The notes below the pieces were generated by a model, which saw only the letters and a list, made by a program, of their open reading frames with translations, had not been told where the DNA came from and searched no databases. The position numbers and the translations under genes were made by a program. From the NCBI RefSeq assembly GCF_009914755.1, contig NC_060935.1: 64,000 bases of DNA. One strand, 5' to 3'. The stretch comes from the human T2T-CHM13v2.0 reference genome, Homo sapiens. Below are positions 40,043 through 55,239 of the stretch, in pieces. Within the stretch, counting starts at the first letter, position 1, and the number at the start of each line of letters is the position of its first letter.

Positions 40043-40108
40043 CTAAAAAGCATCGCATTGATCAGTATCATGTATTTATATGATACTGATCAATGAGGTG
40101 CTTTTTAG
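40043..40108. other. Near-perfect inverted repeat (32-bp arms, 2-nt centre)
   Basis: ctaaaaagcatcgcattgatcagtatcatgta-tt-tatatgatactgatcaatgaggtgctttttag; 29/32 positions Watson-Crick paired. Confidence 0.93.
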
Positions 40109-40827
40109 AAAGCAGGATTCAATTAATTGAAGCAGCTCTTTACAGAGATGGTTTTTCCCTCATCAATGGATTTTCTCTAGTACTTTTTTCACAGGGATGT
40201 TATGAGGTGATAAGAATAAGCTTTGACCTTAGAGTTAATCTGGAGTCTAGAGTCCTCTGTGTTTTTATAAAAATACATCAGAGTTGCAGAATTAATCACC
40301 ATTGTGCCTTGTCCAGGGCCCCAGGGGTCAGTATATAAGGAAGTTGTGTCCATTCTTCAAGAACAGAGACATCTCATCTAGGGATTAAGAGTATGTGACA
40401 GATTAAGGAAGTTTATCCCTTTAAGCATGAAATCTTTTCCATTATTTTAACAATCTTAGATGGAAATCTCTTTCAAATGCATTACATGCTTACCCATCTT
40501 CCTTTTTTGTCTTTTCTCTGCTTATTTCCTAAGTCCTCAGTGCTTCACATAGTTTACTCTTTTCCTAGGGGCTCAGGGCAACATTGCAGCTGAGGCTGGC
40601 CATTCTACAAGGAAGTCCCAAGGTTCTTCATTCTAGAAAACCCATCTGGGATTGTTCACCTTTCCTACCTCTCCCCCATTTCCCAAAATGGAAATAATAT
40701 TTTTTTTTTTTGCTGGTCATAGGAATAATAGATATTGTTGAAATTTAAATACAATATAGGGCTATATAAAGTATAGATAACAATTGGGAATGTATCGTTT
40801 AGGAATTTTTAAATGCATAAAAACACA

Positions 40828-41000
40828 CACTACTTGTTAGCTCTATGACCTCGGACAAGGTGAGGAACCTTCCTTTTCTTGCTCTTGTTTTCTAGTCTAT
40901 AAACTAGGGATCACAGCAACCTTACGGGATTGTTGTGAGGGTCAACTGAGCAGTTGGTAGAGTAGCTGGCATATAACAAGGGTTCAATAAATGTTTATTC
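40828..41000 (+). mobile_element. MIR SINE
   Basis: ttagctctatgacctcggacaag...gattgttgtgagg...caataaatg. Confidence 0.65.
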
Positions 41001-41124
41001 TTTCCCCTAACCTTCCCCTTGGTAAATTATTTTAAGAGATAGTATAGTTTAAAATATTAGTTCCATGGGCTCTTCCTCCAGTGCTGTCAGTGAACATTTA
41101 TTGAGATGTGACCATGTGTAGTAA

Positions 41125-41360
41125 TGACAACATGATTGAATATGTTCTGTGTGCCAAGTTATCTATTTTAACTCTCAAAACTCTTATGAGGCAACAACTA
41201 TTGACTGCCCCATTTCACAGATGAAGAAACTGAGGCTTGGTGAGACCAAGTAACTTGCCAAGATTACAACACTAGAGCCAGTGGTGGGTAGAGCCAGGAA
41301 TTACATGGAGGAAGCCTGACGCCAGACACTGTGTGCTCAATAGCCACATTATTTTGCCTC
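41125..41360 (-). mobile_element. MIR SINE
   Basis: cccatttcacagatgaagaaactgaggct...aacttgccaag. Confidence 0.75.
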
Positions 41361-42760
41361 GCATTAGACCAATATAATATAAGAGAGAAGGATGTCAAGC
41401 TGAGGAGATAAAGTATGGAGATATGCATAGGTCACTAATTCCCAAACACAGGTATCTATTCTCTCTTGGGCTTATCTTGCCCCATGGCGTAAAGGAGGCT
41501 TCACATGGCTGACTCCCTCTGCTCCATGTTGGACCTGACAGTCTCCTGGCCTTGGATGCTCCACTCTTACTGCAACTGACCCACACTAACTGAGCTCTCC
41601 TCTACCAATGCCTTCTCCATGCCCCCTTCAGCTAGTGGCTCCACTACTCCTCTCAGGCCTGGAATCTCTGCTTCATGCTTCCCTTTCTTGGCTTCTCTTC
41701 TCCTCTGTCATCCCATTGTTCTTTCTTTCCTTTGAAAGGCCTCCTAGTTCTGTGGTTACTCTTCATTTCTCATCAGTTCTCTAGGCCAAGCCTTCATGAC
41801 TTCATGCCTAGATAATGACAAGAGCTTCACTCCTACTTTTTGAAAAACCCAGTTTCTCTAGATGCATAGAAACTCAAATATTTGGAACTAGAAGACTTTT
41901 AGGAGACCAACCACCTAGATTTCCAAAAAATGTGTCTCCAGAATCTGCCTTTCTCATTTAAGACTCAACTCAAGAGGTACTTCCTTCATGCCACTGACTC
42001 TGACTCCTTAGGGAATCTGTGCTTTGGGTAACATTCGTTCTGCTTGCTCAGCTGGGTGTAGGGACCAGGTGCTCTCGATTCCCACCCCCCACCCCCACAG
42101 CACCCAGCACAGGGCCGTGTACACAAAATTTGTTCAATAGATAACTATTAATTGATGAGTCAGTGAAGCAAACAATTGTATAAATTAAGAGGGTACCATA
42201 GGGACTGCAGCAATTAGGAAAGACTTCATGAAAAATCAAGATGTGTGGTGGGCTTCTGAGGATGAGCATTCTGATTAATTTTATTTATTTTGACCAGAAA
42301 CAAAAATTAGATCTGCAAAAGGGTTTTTGCATTGCTTTTAGGTGGTCTGGGAGATCTGGGGAGACGTGGCCTTCTCACAATTGCTGACTCCCAGTTGTGT
42401 ATCTACAGAAGGAGTCTTCCACTTGAACTCCAGATTTGTCTGTCCAGCTGCATGCTTGACAGTTCCATGTCACAGACATCCCAAATTCCTCATGTCCTGG
42501 ACCATCACTGCCTTTCCCCTTTCCACCTGCTCCACCTGTGGTCTTTCTCATCTTAGCTAATGGTACCTCTATATTCCTGCTTGCCCAGGGCCTGAATCCC
42601 AGAGTCATCCTTGACTGGCCTTATGCACTTGACATCCAAATCAACAAAAAATCCTATCAGTTCTACCTTCAAAATATGTCCAGAATCTGACTTCTTACCC
42701 CTTTTATGGCTCTGCTCCCTTCTAACTTGCCTCCCTACTTTCCTTCTCACCAACGCTATT

Positions 42761-43203
42761 TTCTTTTTTTAATTATACTTTAAGTTCTGAAGTACATGTG
42801 CAGAACGTGCAGATTTATTACATAGTTATACGCGTGCCATGGTGGTTTGCTGCACCCATCAACCCCTCACCTACATTAGATATGGTAGGTGTTTCTCTGA
42901 ATGCTATCCCTCCCCTAGCCCCCCACACCCCCGACAGGCCCCAGTGTGTGATGGTCCCCTCCCTGTGTCCATGTGTTCTCACTGTTCAACTCCCACTTAT
43001 GAGTGAGAATATGTGGTGTTTGGTTTTCTGTTCTTGTGTTAGTTTGCTGAGAATGATGGTTTCCAGCTTCATCCATGTCCCTGCAAAGGACATGAACTCA
43101 TCCTTTTTTATGGCTGCATAGTATTCCATGGTGTATATGTGCCACGTTTTCTTTATCCAGCCTATCATTGATGGGCATTTGGGTTGGTTCCAAGTCCTTG
43201 ATA
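42761..43203 (-). mobile_element. 5'-truncated L1PA (about PA7/8) 3' end with TSD
   Basis: ttatactttaagttctg...; ORF 42986-43168 is the ORF2 C-terminus (WIKKTWHIYTMEYYAAIKKDEF); TSD caccaac(g/c)ctatt. Confidence 0.92.
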
Positions 43204-43542
43204 CACCAACCCTATTGTCAACACAGCAGCCGAAGTGAATCTTGGTAAAACATAAGCCAGATCATGTTACTGCCTGACTCAAGACCCTGCAATGGCTCCC
43301 TGTTTCTATCAGAGAAAAACCAAAACCCTTACAAAGGCTGCACAATCTGGGGTCCCCAGAACCTCACTGACCTCATTTCTTACCACTCTTCTTTGGCTTA
43401 TTCTCCTCCAGCCACACTGGGCATCTTCTTACTTTGCAAGGCTGCTTGGGCTTTGGAACTTTCTGCTCCCTCTGCCCGAACCCTTCCTTGCCCATGTATC
43501 TGCTAGGCTGATTCTCACATCCTTCAAGTCTTTGCTTACATG

Positions 43543-43676
43543 TAGGGCAATCATATGTCCCTGTTTGCCCAGGACAGTCCAAGTTCTCACCTGCTGTCCC
43601 AGCATAATTATGAATAGCTTCCCTTTGTCCTGTTAAATGTTTTTCAGTTTGGATGATAAATTATATGTTCACTCTA
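43543..43676 (-). mobile_element. MER94 hAT-Blackjack MITE
   Basis: tagggcaatcatatgtcc...tttgcccaggacagtcc...tttggatgataaattatatgttcactcta. Confidence 0.8.
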
Positions 43677-44439
43677 CTCAAATGTCATATTTTCAATGAC
43701 TCCTACCCACTTCACTTAAAGTTTACCCTCCAAACCAACCATTGACATTCCCAATTATCCTTACCCTATGCTATTTTTTCCATTGCAATGATCACCCCGT
43801 AACCTGTTATATAATTTGATTATCTGGTGAATTTATCAATTATTGTTCATCTCCGTCACTAGAATGTATACTCCACCAAGGGAGGAATTTTTGTCTATTT
43901 TGTTCACTGATAATATCCCTGTCACCTTTCTAGTGCATGGCAGGAGTTCAAAAGGTGTTTGATTAATGCAATCATTTTGGAAGACAAAGAAGTGTAATTC
44001 CTTAGATCTTCAAATAGTTTATCAGGAAAGCAAGGCTGAATATGTGAGTGATATCAGACTGACACAAAATCCAGGATGTGTGCTTGCTGTATCGACCTGC
44101 TTGAGAAGGATTTGGAAGTCATTTATTAAAATCAGCTTTCTATCTCGATGTGCTGTGTTAGGAGCCTCTTCAGAGCAGAACATGGGGGTGAAGAAGACAA
44201 TTATACCGGGAATCCAAGACAACTGAAGTAAAACTTCATTCTGAACTTCCCAGAGCTCAGGCAAAAGGGAAAAAATCAGGTTGCATAGCTTCTGTCTCCT
44301 CTCCTTGTTGCCTGATTAAAAAAGAAAGGCATTTATTCAAAGAAGACATACAGCTCCAAGTTTTATGTTTCAAGAGGGAATCATCACGTTGGCTCTTTTT
44401 AATTGGTGGTATGGATTGCGCATGTTGATTTTTTAAAGT

Positions 44440-44557
44440 GGGAGTAACCACACACCTTAGTGTGCCCAGGATAGTCACAGTTTATACCTGCTGTCCCAAG
44501 GAAATTGTTAATATTCAACATGTCTTGGTTTGGATGATATATTATGAGGTCACACTG
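44440..44557 (-). mobile_element. Second MER94-like MITE
   Basis: tgcccaggatagtc...cctgctgtccc...ggtttggatgatatattatgaggtcacact. Confidence 0.7.
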
Positions 44558-45540
44558 TAAGGGACATTGAAGGACATAAGAGATAATTACTTTTGCCTTT
44601 ACAGAGGGAATGCAGACAGTTTCCTCATATGACCTTTGGAAAGCCCAAGGCTATGAGGATAAGCTATGTTCCCTTGAGAATCAAGACACTCTTTGAGCAG
44701 CACACAGTTTCATATTTGCTCAGGATCAACTCAAATTTGGGGAAGTTCCACCATCAAGAAGCTCCTGAAGCTCAAGCTGGCTCTTGATATTTGCTGCCAA
44801 GACCCTTGTTTACCAAACACTTCAATTACAGGGTCCCCCTTCTAGGTTCATTTGCTCATTGTGGGCCTTTGCAAGATGCTGGTGAGGTCAGAGTTTTCAC
44901 TGGACGTGTTTGGGGTGCTGGAGAAGTTTCCTCATAGATTTATGAGTCTCTTTAATGTGGGCTGAACTGTACCTTCCCATCCACCAATAAGATTTTTTTT
45001 TAGACAATAATACAATTTAGACCCCCATATGCTATATTTACAAACTATAGATTTCTGATGAAAAATCAATTCCTTCATTCTACCATGTTCAGTTGGATAG
45101 TACCTAAAAACAACAAAAAGTCACCTGGGTAAACTCAAGTGATTTTCTAAGACTCTAGTCTAACAATTGTCTTGGTTTACAACACCTTATGCATTTTGAC
45201 CTGGGAGGGGAAAGACCTGGTTCTTTGTCTTGGCCCTGCTGTTCCTTCACCTCTCTGAGCCTTTATCTCCTCATAAGAAGGAGAGGATATGGACTCTATT
45301 TCTATAGTACCTTGTAGTTTGATTGCTATATTTCTCCTGTAGAGCTGTTCATTCAGAACATCTCAGCACTGGTGACAGGAATCTTCAGAACACCTGGTCT
45401 TCTGGGCTGTAGACATCAGAAACTCTTCAGAGCTCAACCTGCAGGCCAGCCTCAGGCCTATGAGAAGGCAGAGAGAGTTGGACTACATCCTTGGTCCCTT
45501 CTCCTCACCTTATTACTTCTCTTTTTCATAGTTCAGGAGG

Positions 45541-45906
45541 TGTCTTAGTCCCTTTGGGCAGCTATAAAAAACTACCACAGACTGGGTATCTTATTAACAA
45601 TGGAAAGTTATTTCTCACCATTCTGGAGGCTGGAAAGTCCAATATCAAGGCATCAGCAGATTCAGTGTCTGGCAAGGGCCTGCTTCCTGGTTCATAGAAA
45701 GTCTTCTTCTCACTGAGTCCTCACATGGCAGAAGGGGCAAGGGAGCTCTCCAGCGTCTCTCATGGAAGAACACTAATCCCATTCATGAGGGCTCCATCCT
45801 CATGACCTAATCACCTCCTAAAGACCCTACCTCCAAAAACCATCCCACTGGGGATTGGGTTTCAACATACGAATTTTGGAGGGACACAAATATTTGGCCT
45901 ATAGCA
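45541..45906 (-). mobile_element. MLT1A0-type MaLR solo LTR with 5-bp TSD
   Basis: tgtcttagtcc...ttctggaggctgg...catgacctaatcacctcc...atagca; ggagg on both sides. Confidence 0.9.
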
Positions 45907-46034
45907 GGAGGGTCCTTCAACAGTGACAAGGTATGTCAGAACTAGGGTCTTGGGTAGCCCCAAACCGCAAGAGTTCTTGTCTTCACTTCTCTTTCCCCAT
46001 CCATTAGTAAGAATGGATATAGTATATCCATCAC

Positions 46035-46260
46035 AAAAATGAATTACCTATTTGGAGCACTAACCATGTGCCATGCATGGTGCTGAGTATTTTGCCACAT
46101 TTAATTGTCACAATGACCCCTGAGGCAGAATGATAGTTATTCCCATTTTGTAAGTGAGGTCCTGAGTCTCCGGGAGATGACTTGCCAAAGGCCACGTAGT
46201 TAAGATGTAGCAACCTAGCATTCTAACCCAGACCTGTGTGTCTCTGAAGTGTACATGTGT
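46035..46260 (-). mobile_element. MIR SINE
   Basis: gagcactaaccatgtgcca...ttattcccattttgtaagtgagg...gacttgccaaaggccac. Confidence 0.7.
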
Positions 46261-46890
46261 AAAGCAATGTAAGCTGCTGAATTACATCTGCTGTCTTCAA
46301 AATGGCAGCCATTAATCTGATCCATTAAGCATGGGCCAATAGGAGAAACCATTACTCTGCCATTGCCTCTAATCTAACATGACCAGTGAGGTAATTTCAG
46401 GTTAGCTTGAAGTGGGGAGAAAGAGGAGATGTCCTTCAGAGCTGTACTGCTCAGAGGGCTCTAAGGTCACACCAACTGAAGCCAGAGGCACTAGGCCTGT
46501 GAGGAAGAAGGATCCAACTCCTTCGTCCCTTAGAGTGGGCCAGGGCTGAACTGTGAAGGCGGGTCTGACACCCTCTCTTCTCACGTCAGCTTCCAGGTTA
46601 CCTCCAATTTGAAAGCCACTGAAGTGGATGCAAAAGGCAACAGAGCCTGAGGCCTTGGCATCTCTGCCCATCCTGCAAAGGTCAGCACAGTCTTATCTAG
46701 AACACAGCTGAGGAGGCAATTTCCTTGAATACTCGGGGCTGGGAGACACTTTCTCCCTCTTCCCCCTTTTGTGTTTCTCCTGCATTTCCACAAGGCTCCA
46801 GGACCCTGTGCTGGTGAAGTCTTTGAAGAAAGAGGGGGACACGGCTTGGGGGAACCAGCAGGGGAAGAGGGCAGGAGGAGGGAGGGCTAT

Positions 46891-46914
46891 GTCTGGTCTG
46901 GTCTGGTCTGGTCT
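46891..46914. repeat. (GGTCT)n short pentanucleotide repeat
   Basis: gtctggtctggtctggtctggtct. Confidence 0.8.
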
Positions 46915-49209
46915 CCCTTTCCACTCCCACATCACACGCCTTCACCTGGAAGCTTCCTAACCTGAAGTACAAATGAGACCCCCTGGGATCCCAAAATAGC
47001 TCCCCTCACAGCTGCACAGCATCCATTTATAGCTGTGCCTCCCTACAGCCCCAGGCTGCCTCTGAGACGCACTTCTGAGGTCAGCGCCTGTGAACACCAG
47101 GCTCAATGTCGTTGGAGAACAGAAGTGCTCATAAGGAACCTATTATGGTCTTGTGACTGTTTTTCAGGACTCGCCCCAACCCTCAGAGACTTTAAAGGGC
47201 CAAATTTGTTTTGACCTACAGCCAGACCACTTTTTGTCCAACAATAACCCAGAAGCGGGTCAGATTCCATCCCCTGTGCCCAGCAGCAGGTGAGGACGTT
47301 GCACTTGGTGGCAGCAGGACAAACAGTACTGAAGTTATGCCTGGGCCTCAGGCCAAGTAGCTCGGACACCTCCAGGGAAGATCGACCATCGGGCTTTATG
47401 TATGTACGTGTTCTTTTATTAGCAATAAAACTTGGGCTATTAATTGACTTTCTTCACTCATGTTATTCATATTGATTCTGAATGCCAAATTATAAAGCAA
47501 AGAGAAAGAGCCCTAACCCCACCAAGCTGTGTTCCGTACTTCCTCTTCATACTCCATCTAAAACAAATTAGCTTTGACCCACTATCTCTCACATGGCTTA
47601 TTTAGAGACGGCCCAAAATAGTCCATGAACTAAGTATACTTTGCTTTTTCACTGTCAATCCTAAGTAGAGCCACGAGGGCAGGAGTGACCCTGGCTGGCC
47701 TCTCGAGTTGTAGTGAGCCTCCTACTTTCTGCAACAGCCATCAGCACTTGTCTTCATGAAATATTTTTTGTTGAAGTGAACTCAGGCCTCATCTGGAGCT
47801 TGTCCTGGGCAATTCTCTGAAGTCAGGGTCTTTCTTTCTAAAGTTGCTGAGCAAGAGCAAGTCTTGGTGGACCTACCATATCAGAGTGGAGGCCTGACAT
47901 GAGCTAACAAAAACTTAGGCCATTGATTACACACAGTTGCAAGCTAAGGCATCAGAGGCCCTCCAACAGGGGGCCAAGAACTTATGTCCTGCGGCCACAC
48001 AGCTTGCATTTCTGCTACATTTCCATTAAATGCTAGGTGTGTGGCTCTCAAATAAGCTACTTCTATTCCTGCATGCCTGTGCTCCTGTCTGTGGAGGAGG
48101 TATGGTGACAGTTTGTTGACATGAGATCTTCCCGTATGGCATATGATACATATAAATCACTTGGATTAACCATCATTACTATTTTGAAAGGGAAACAAAC
48201 CATATCACATATGATCTTTGTTGTATCTTATTTTTGAGCCAATGCTTTAAAAAAAAATAAACATATGCTACCAGTTTTCGTAAGGTAAACGATAATACGG
48301 CCTTCTCTCCTTCTTATTATACTGAGTCTCATTCATCTCTCAGAATCCTTTTCATTATCATTGTCACTAAAAGCATTCGGGGTTGGATCAGTGAATATTG
48401 CCTAAAAAAAAAAAAGAAGAAGAAAAATCAAAAGCCAACTAATTCAGATACATATAAAACAAAACTTTCTTTTTCTGTAAGCAAACTTAAACATTTTTTT
48501 GGTACTTTGAGCTCTCACCCTTGGTAAACAGAAGAATCATAGTCATAGCCAATCTAGGGCCTTTCCTTTCAAAGCAGGAATTGGGCTTTTATTCTGGGGT
48601 GGGGAGTGGAGGAGGGGAAATCGGTTTGGAAATTGGGACCTCTGGTCTTCAGCCACCATCCTGCAGCCTCTCTTGCATCCACTCTGAAGTTTCTGTTTCC
48701 TCTGGGATTTGAATGTTTGTCCATGGGGGTCACTTTTGCACTTCAAGGCTCTCCTGGTTTGGCTTTTTCTCGGTGTCTTTCATGCCACACAGGCAGCAGG
48801 AGCCTTGGGGAGCTGTTTGAGGAGGTTCTGTATTATCTCTGTGCCAATCTTGGGCTTTCCTCCAACCCCACGACATTCTGCGACCTGTGGGAATTCTACA
48901 AGAAGGCAGTCTCGGACCTGCTTGTCTAGACATGACCTGCAGCTACCCCAGCCGCTACCATACCTGCACATGATTTGGTGCAAGGAAACACTGAAGCATG
49001 GAATTTTCCTGGGCTCTACTCAGGAACAGGCACAGTCCCTCCCTTGTCACATGCCTTAACGTTGGATCAAGGCACAGTGCACTTCTTTGGGTACCGGTTG
49101 GCATCTACTCTCACTATTTCTTCTTCTGTTATTCTTTCTCCCCTAGCTTATGACATCTTTCACCTAGGGACAAGAAAAACTGATCATGGGTATTTCTTGT
49201 TTTCTTCGA

Positions 49210-50462
<1,253 letters not shown>

Positions 50463-50562
50463 GATGGTCACCTTCTCTCTTTGTCCTCACATGGCCTTCC
50501 TCCCTTCCCCTCTGTCTCTCTCTGTCTTTCTCTCTCCTTCCTTCATTCCTTCCACCACTGCA

Positions 50563-50655
50563 AACCATCACCCCTGGCTAATTTTTGCATTTTCAGTAGA
50601 GACAGGGCTTCACCATGTTGGCCAGGCAGGTCTCAAATTCCTGACCTCAGGTGAT
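50563..50655 (-). mobile_element. Internal AluS-like fragment
   Basis: cctggctaatttttgcattttcagtagagacagg...cctgacctcaggtgat. Confidence 0.75.
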
Positions 50656-50864
50656 TTTTTCTCTTTCTTTCTTCCTTCTTTTCTTTTCTTTTCTTTCTTT
50701 CTTTCTTTTCCTTTCATCTCATTCTGCTGCCCAGGCTGGAGAGTGGTGGTGCAAACACACTCGCTGCATCTCAACCTCAAGCTATCCTCCCACCTCAGCC
50801 CCTGGAGTAGCTGGAACTATAGGGATGCACCACCACACCTGGCTATTTATTTATTTATTGGGCA

Positions 50865-50929
<65 letters not shown>

Positions 50930-51039
50930 ATGGGGTCTCATGTTGCTCAGGCTGGTCTTGAAACCCTGGGCTAAAACGATCCAACCACCTCAGCTTCCCA
51001 AAGTGCTGGGATTACAGGTGTGAGCCACCATGCCTGGCC
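50656..51039 (-). mobile_element. AluJ with (TG)n expanded in the linker
   Basis: Reverse Alu with CT-rich tail; (TG)n at 50865-50924. Confidence 0.88.
50865..50924. repeat. (TG)n microsatellite, about 30 units with one interruption
   Basis: Direct reading. Confidence 0.95.
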
Positions 51040-51131
51040 CACCTGGCCTTTCTTAGATGAATGTGCATGGAGAGAGATAGAGAATGGGATGGGCAGGGGA
51101 TTGCTTTCTCTTCTTAGGAAACCAGCAATCT

Positions 51132-51363
51132 GGCCAGGCACAGTGGTTCACGCCTATAATTTCAGCACTTTGGGAAGCTGAGGCAGGTGGATCACCTGAG
51201 GTCAGGAGTTGGAGACGAACCTGGCCAACATGGTGAAACCCCATCTCTACTAAAAATACAAAAATTAGCCAGGCGTGGTGGCATGCACCTGTGGTCCCAG
51301 CTACTCGGGAGGCTGAGGCAGGAGAACCACTTGAACCCAGGAGGTGGAGACTGCAGTAAAAAA
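51132..51363 (+). mobile_element. AluS lacking its last ~50 nt
   Basis: ggccaggcacagtgg...ggagactgcagt then A6; flanked by accagcaatc on both sides. Confidence 0.9.
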
Positions 51364-51930
51364 GAAGACCAGCAATCCTCTCAGATTAGGACCCCATCTT
51401 TATGATCTCACTTAACCTTAATTACCTCCTAAAAATCCTGTCTCCTAATACAGTCACATTGGGGCTTAAGGCTTCAACATATGAATATTGGGGACACAGA
51501 ATTCAGTTTGTAGTAAATGTCTTTTAAGTGTCTTTCAATCTATAGATCTTCCCACTCTTTCTCATTTGTCCCCTCCTTCATTAATTTTGCTGGTAGAGTT
51601 TCCCACAGTTTGGATTTTGCTGTTTGCAGCTCTGTGGTGTTGTTTTAACATATTCCTCTATGCTGTATGTAAATGGATAGTCAGATGAAGAGGAAAGGTT
51701 AGATTGGCAGAACTATTTCCTAGGCAGAGCGGTAGGTTTCTATCAGGAGGCACTATTCCCTAGGAGTCTCTGTTTCTGTGAAGTTAGCAGCCATTGGTGA
51801 TTATTGCCAAATCCATTATTCTATTAGAGGTTACAAAATGGTGATTTTATAATTTTATTATTCCTTATTTATTAACCAAAATAATTCAATAAAATGAAAC
51901 TCCTCCTTATCAACTATTTGGTTATGCTGA

Positions 51931-54762
<2,832 letters not shown>

Positions 54763-54781
54763 AAATAGAAAAGGTAGAAGA

Positions 54782-55067
54782 GACCACGCATGATGGCTCA
54801 CACTTGTTCTCCCAGCACTTTGGGAGGCCAAGGCAGCTGGATCACCTGAGCCCAGGAGTTTGAGACTAGCCTGAGGAACATGGTGAAATCCTATCTCTAC
54901 AAAAAGTTTAAAAATTAACTGAGCATAGTGGCTCATGACTGTAGTTACAGCTACTTTGGAGGCTGAAGTGGATAGATCACTTAAGCCTGGGCAGTTGAGG
55001 CTGCAGTGAGCCATGATTTTGCCTGTGCCACAGCACTCCAGCTTGGGTGAGAGACCTGTTTCAAAAA
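54782..55067 (+). mobile_element. AluJ SINE
   Basis: gatggctcacacttg...gagcccaggagtttgagac...gaggctgcagtgagccatgat J-type motifs. Confidence 0.92.
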
Positions 55068-55239
55068 GGAAAGGAAAGGAAAGGAAAGGAAAGGAAAGGA
55101 AAGGAAAGGAAAGGAAAGGAAAGGAAAGGAAAGGAAAGGAAAGGAAAGGAAAGGAAAGGAAAGGAAAGGAAAGGAAAGGAAAGGAAAGGAAAGGAAAGGA
55201 AAGGAAAGGAAAGGAAAGGAAAGGAAAGGAAAGGAAAGG
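55065..55239 (+). repeat. (AAAGG)35 uninterrupted pentanucleotide repeat in the Alu tail
   Basis: 175 nt counted, with no interruption. Confidence 0.97.

Larger units (their letters stand above)
42380..43970 (+). mobile_element. L2 LINE 3' region interrupted by L1PA and MER94
   Basis: gagtcatccttgact...ctaccttcaaaatatgtccagaatc...gatcatgttactg...ctagaatgta...ttttgttcactg. Confidence 0.75.
50463..51512 (-). mobile_element. MLT1B/C-like LTR fragment interrupted by Alus
   Basis: tgtcctcacatggcc...gattagg...tatgatctcacttaaccttaattacctc...gcttcaacatatgaat...gggacaca. Confidence 0.7.

Noticed and set aside
48606-49059. Overlapping 107-116 aa ORFs in unique sequence with a somewhat protein-like stretch
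   Set aside because: No recognisable homology, non-ATG starts and no clear exon boundaries; lengths are expected by chance
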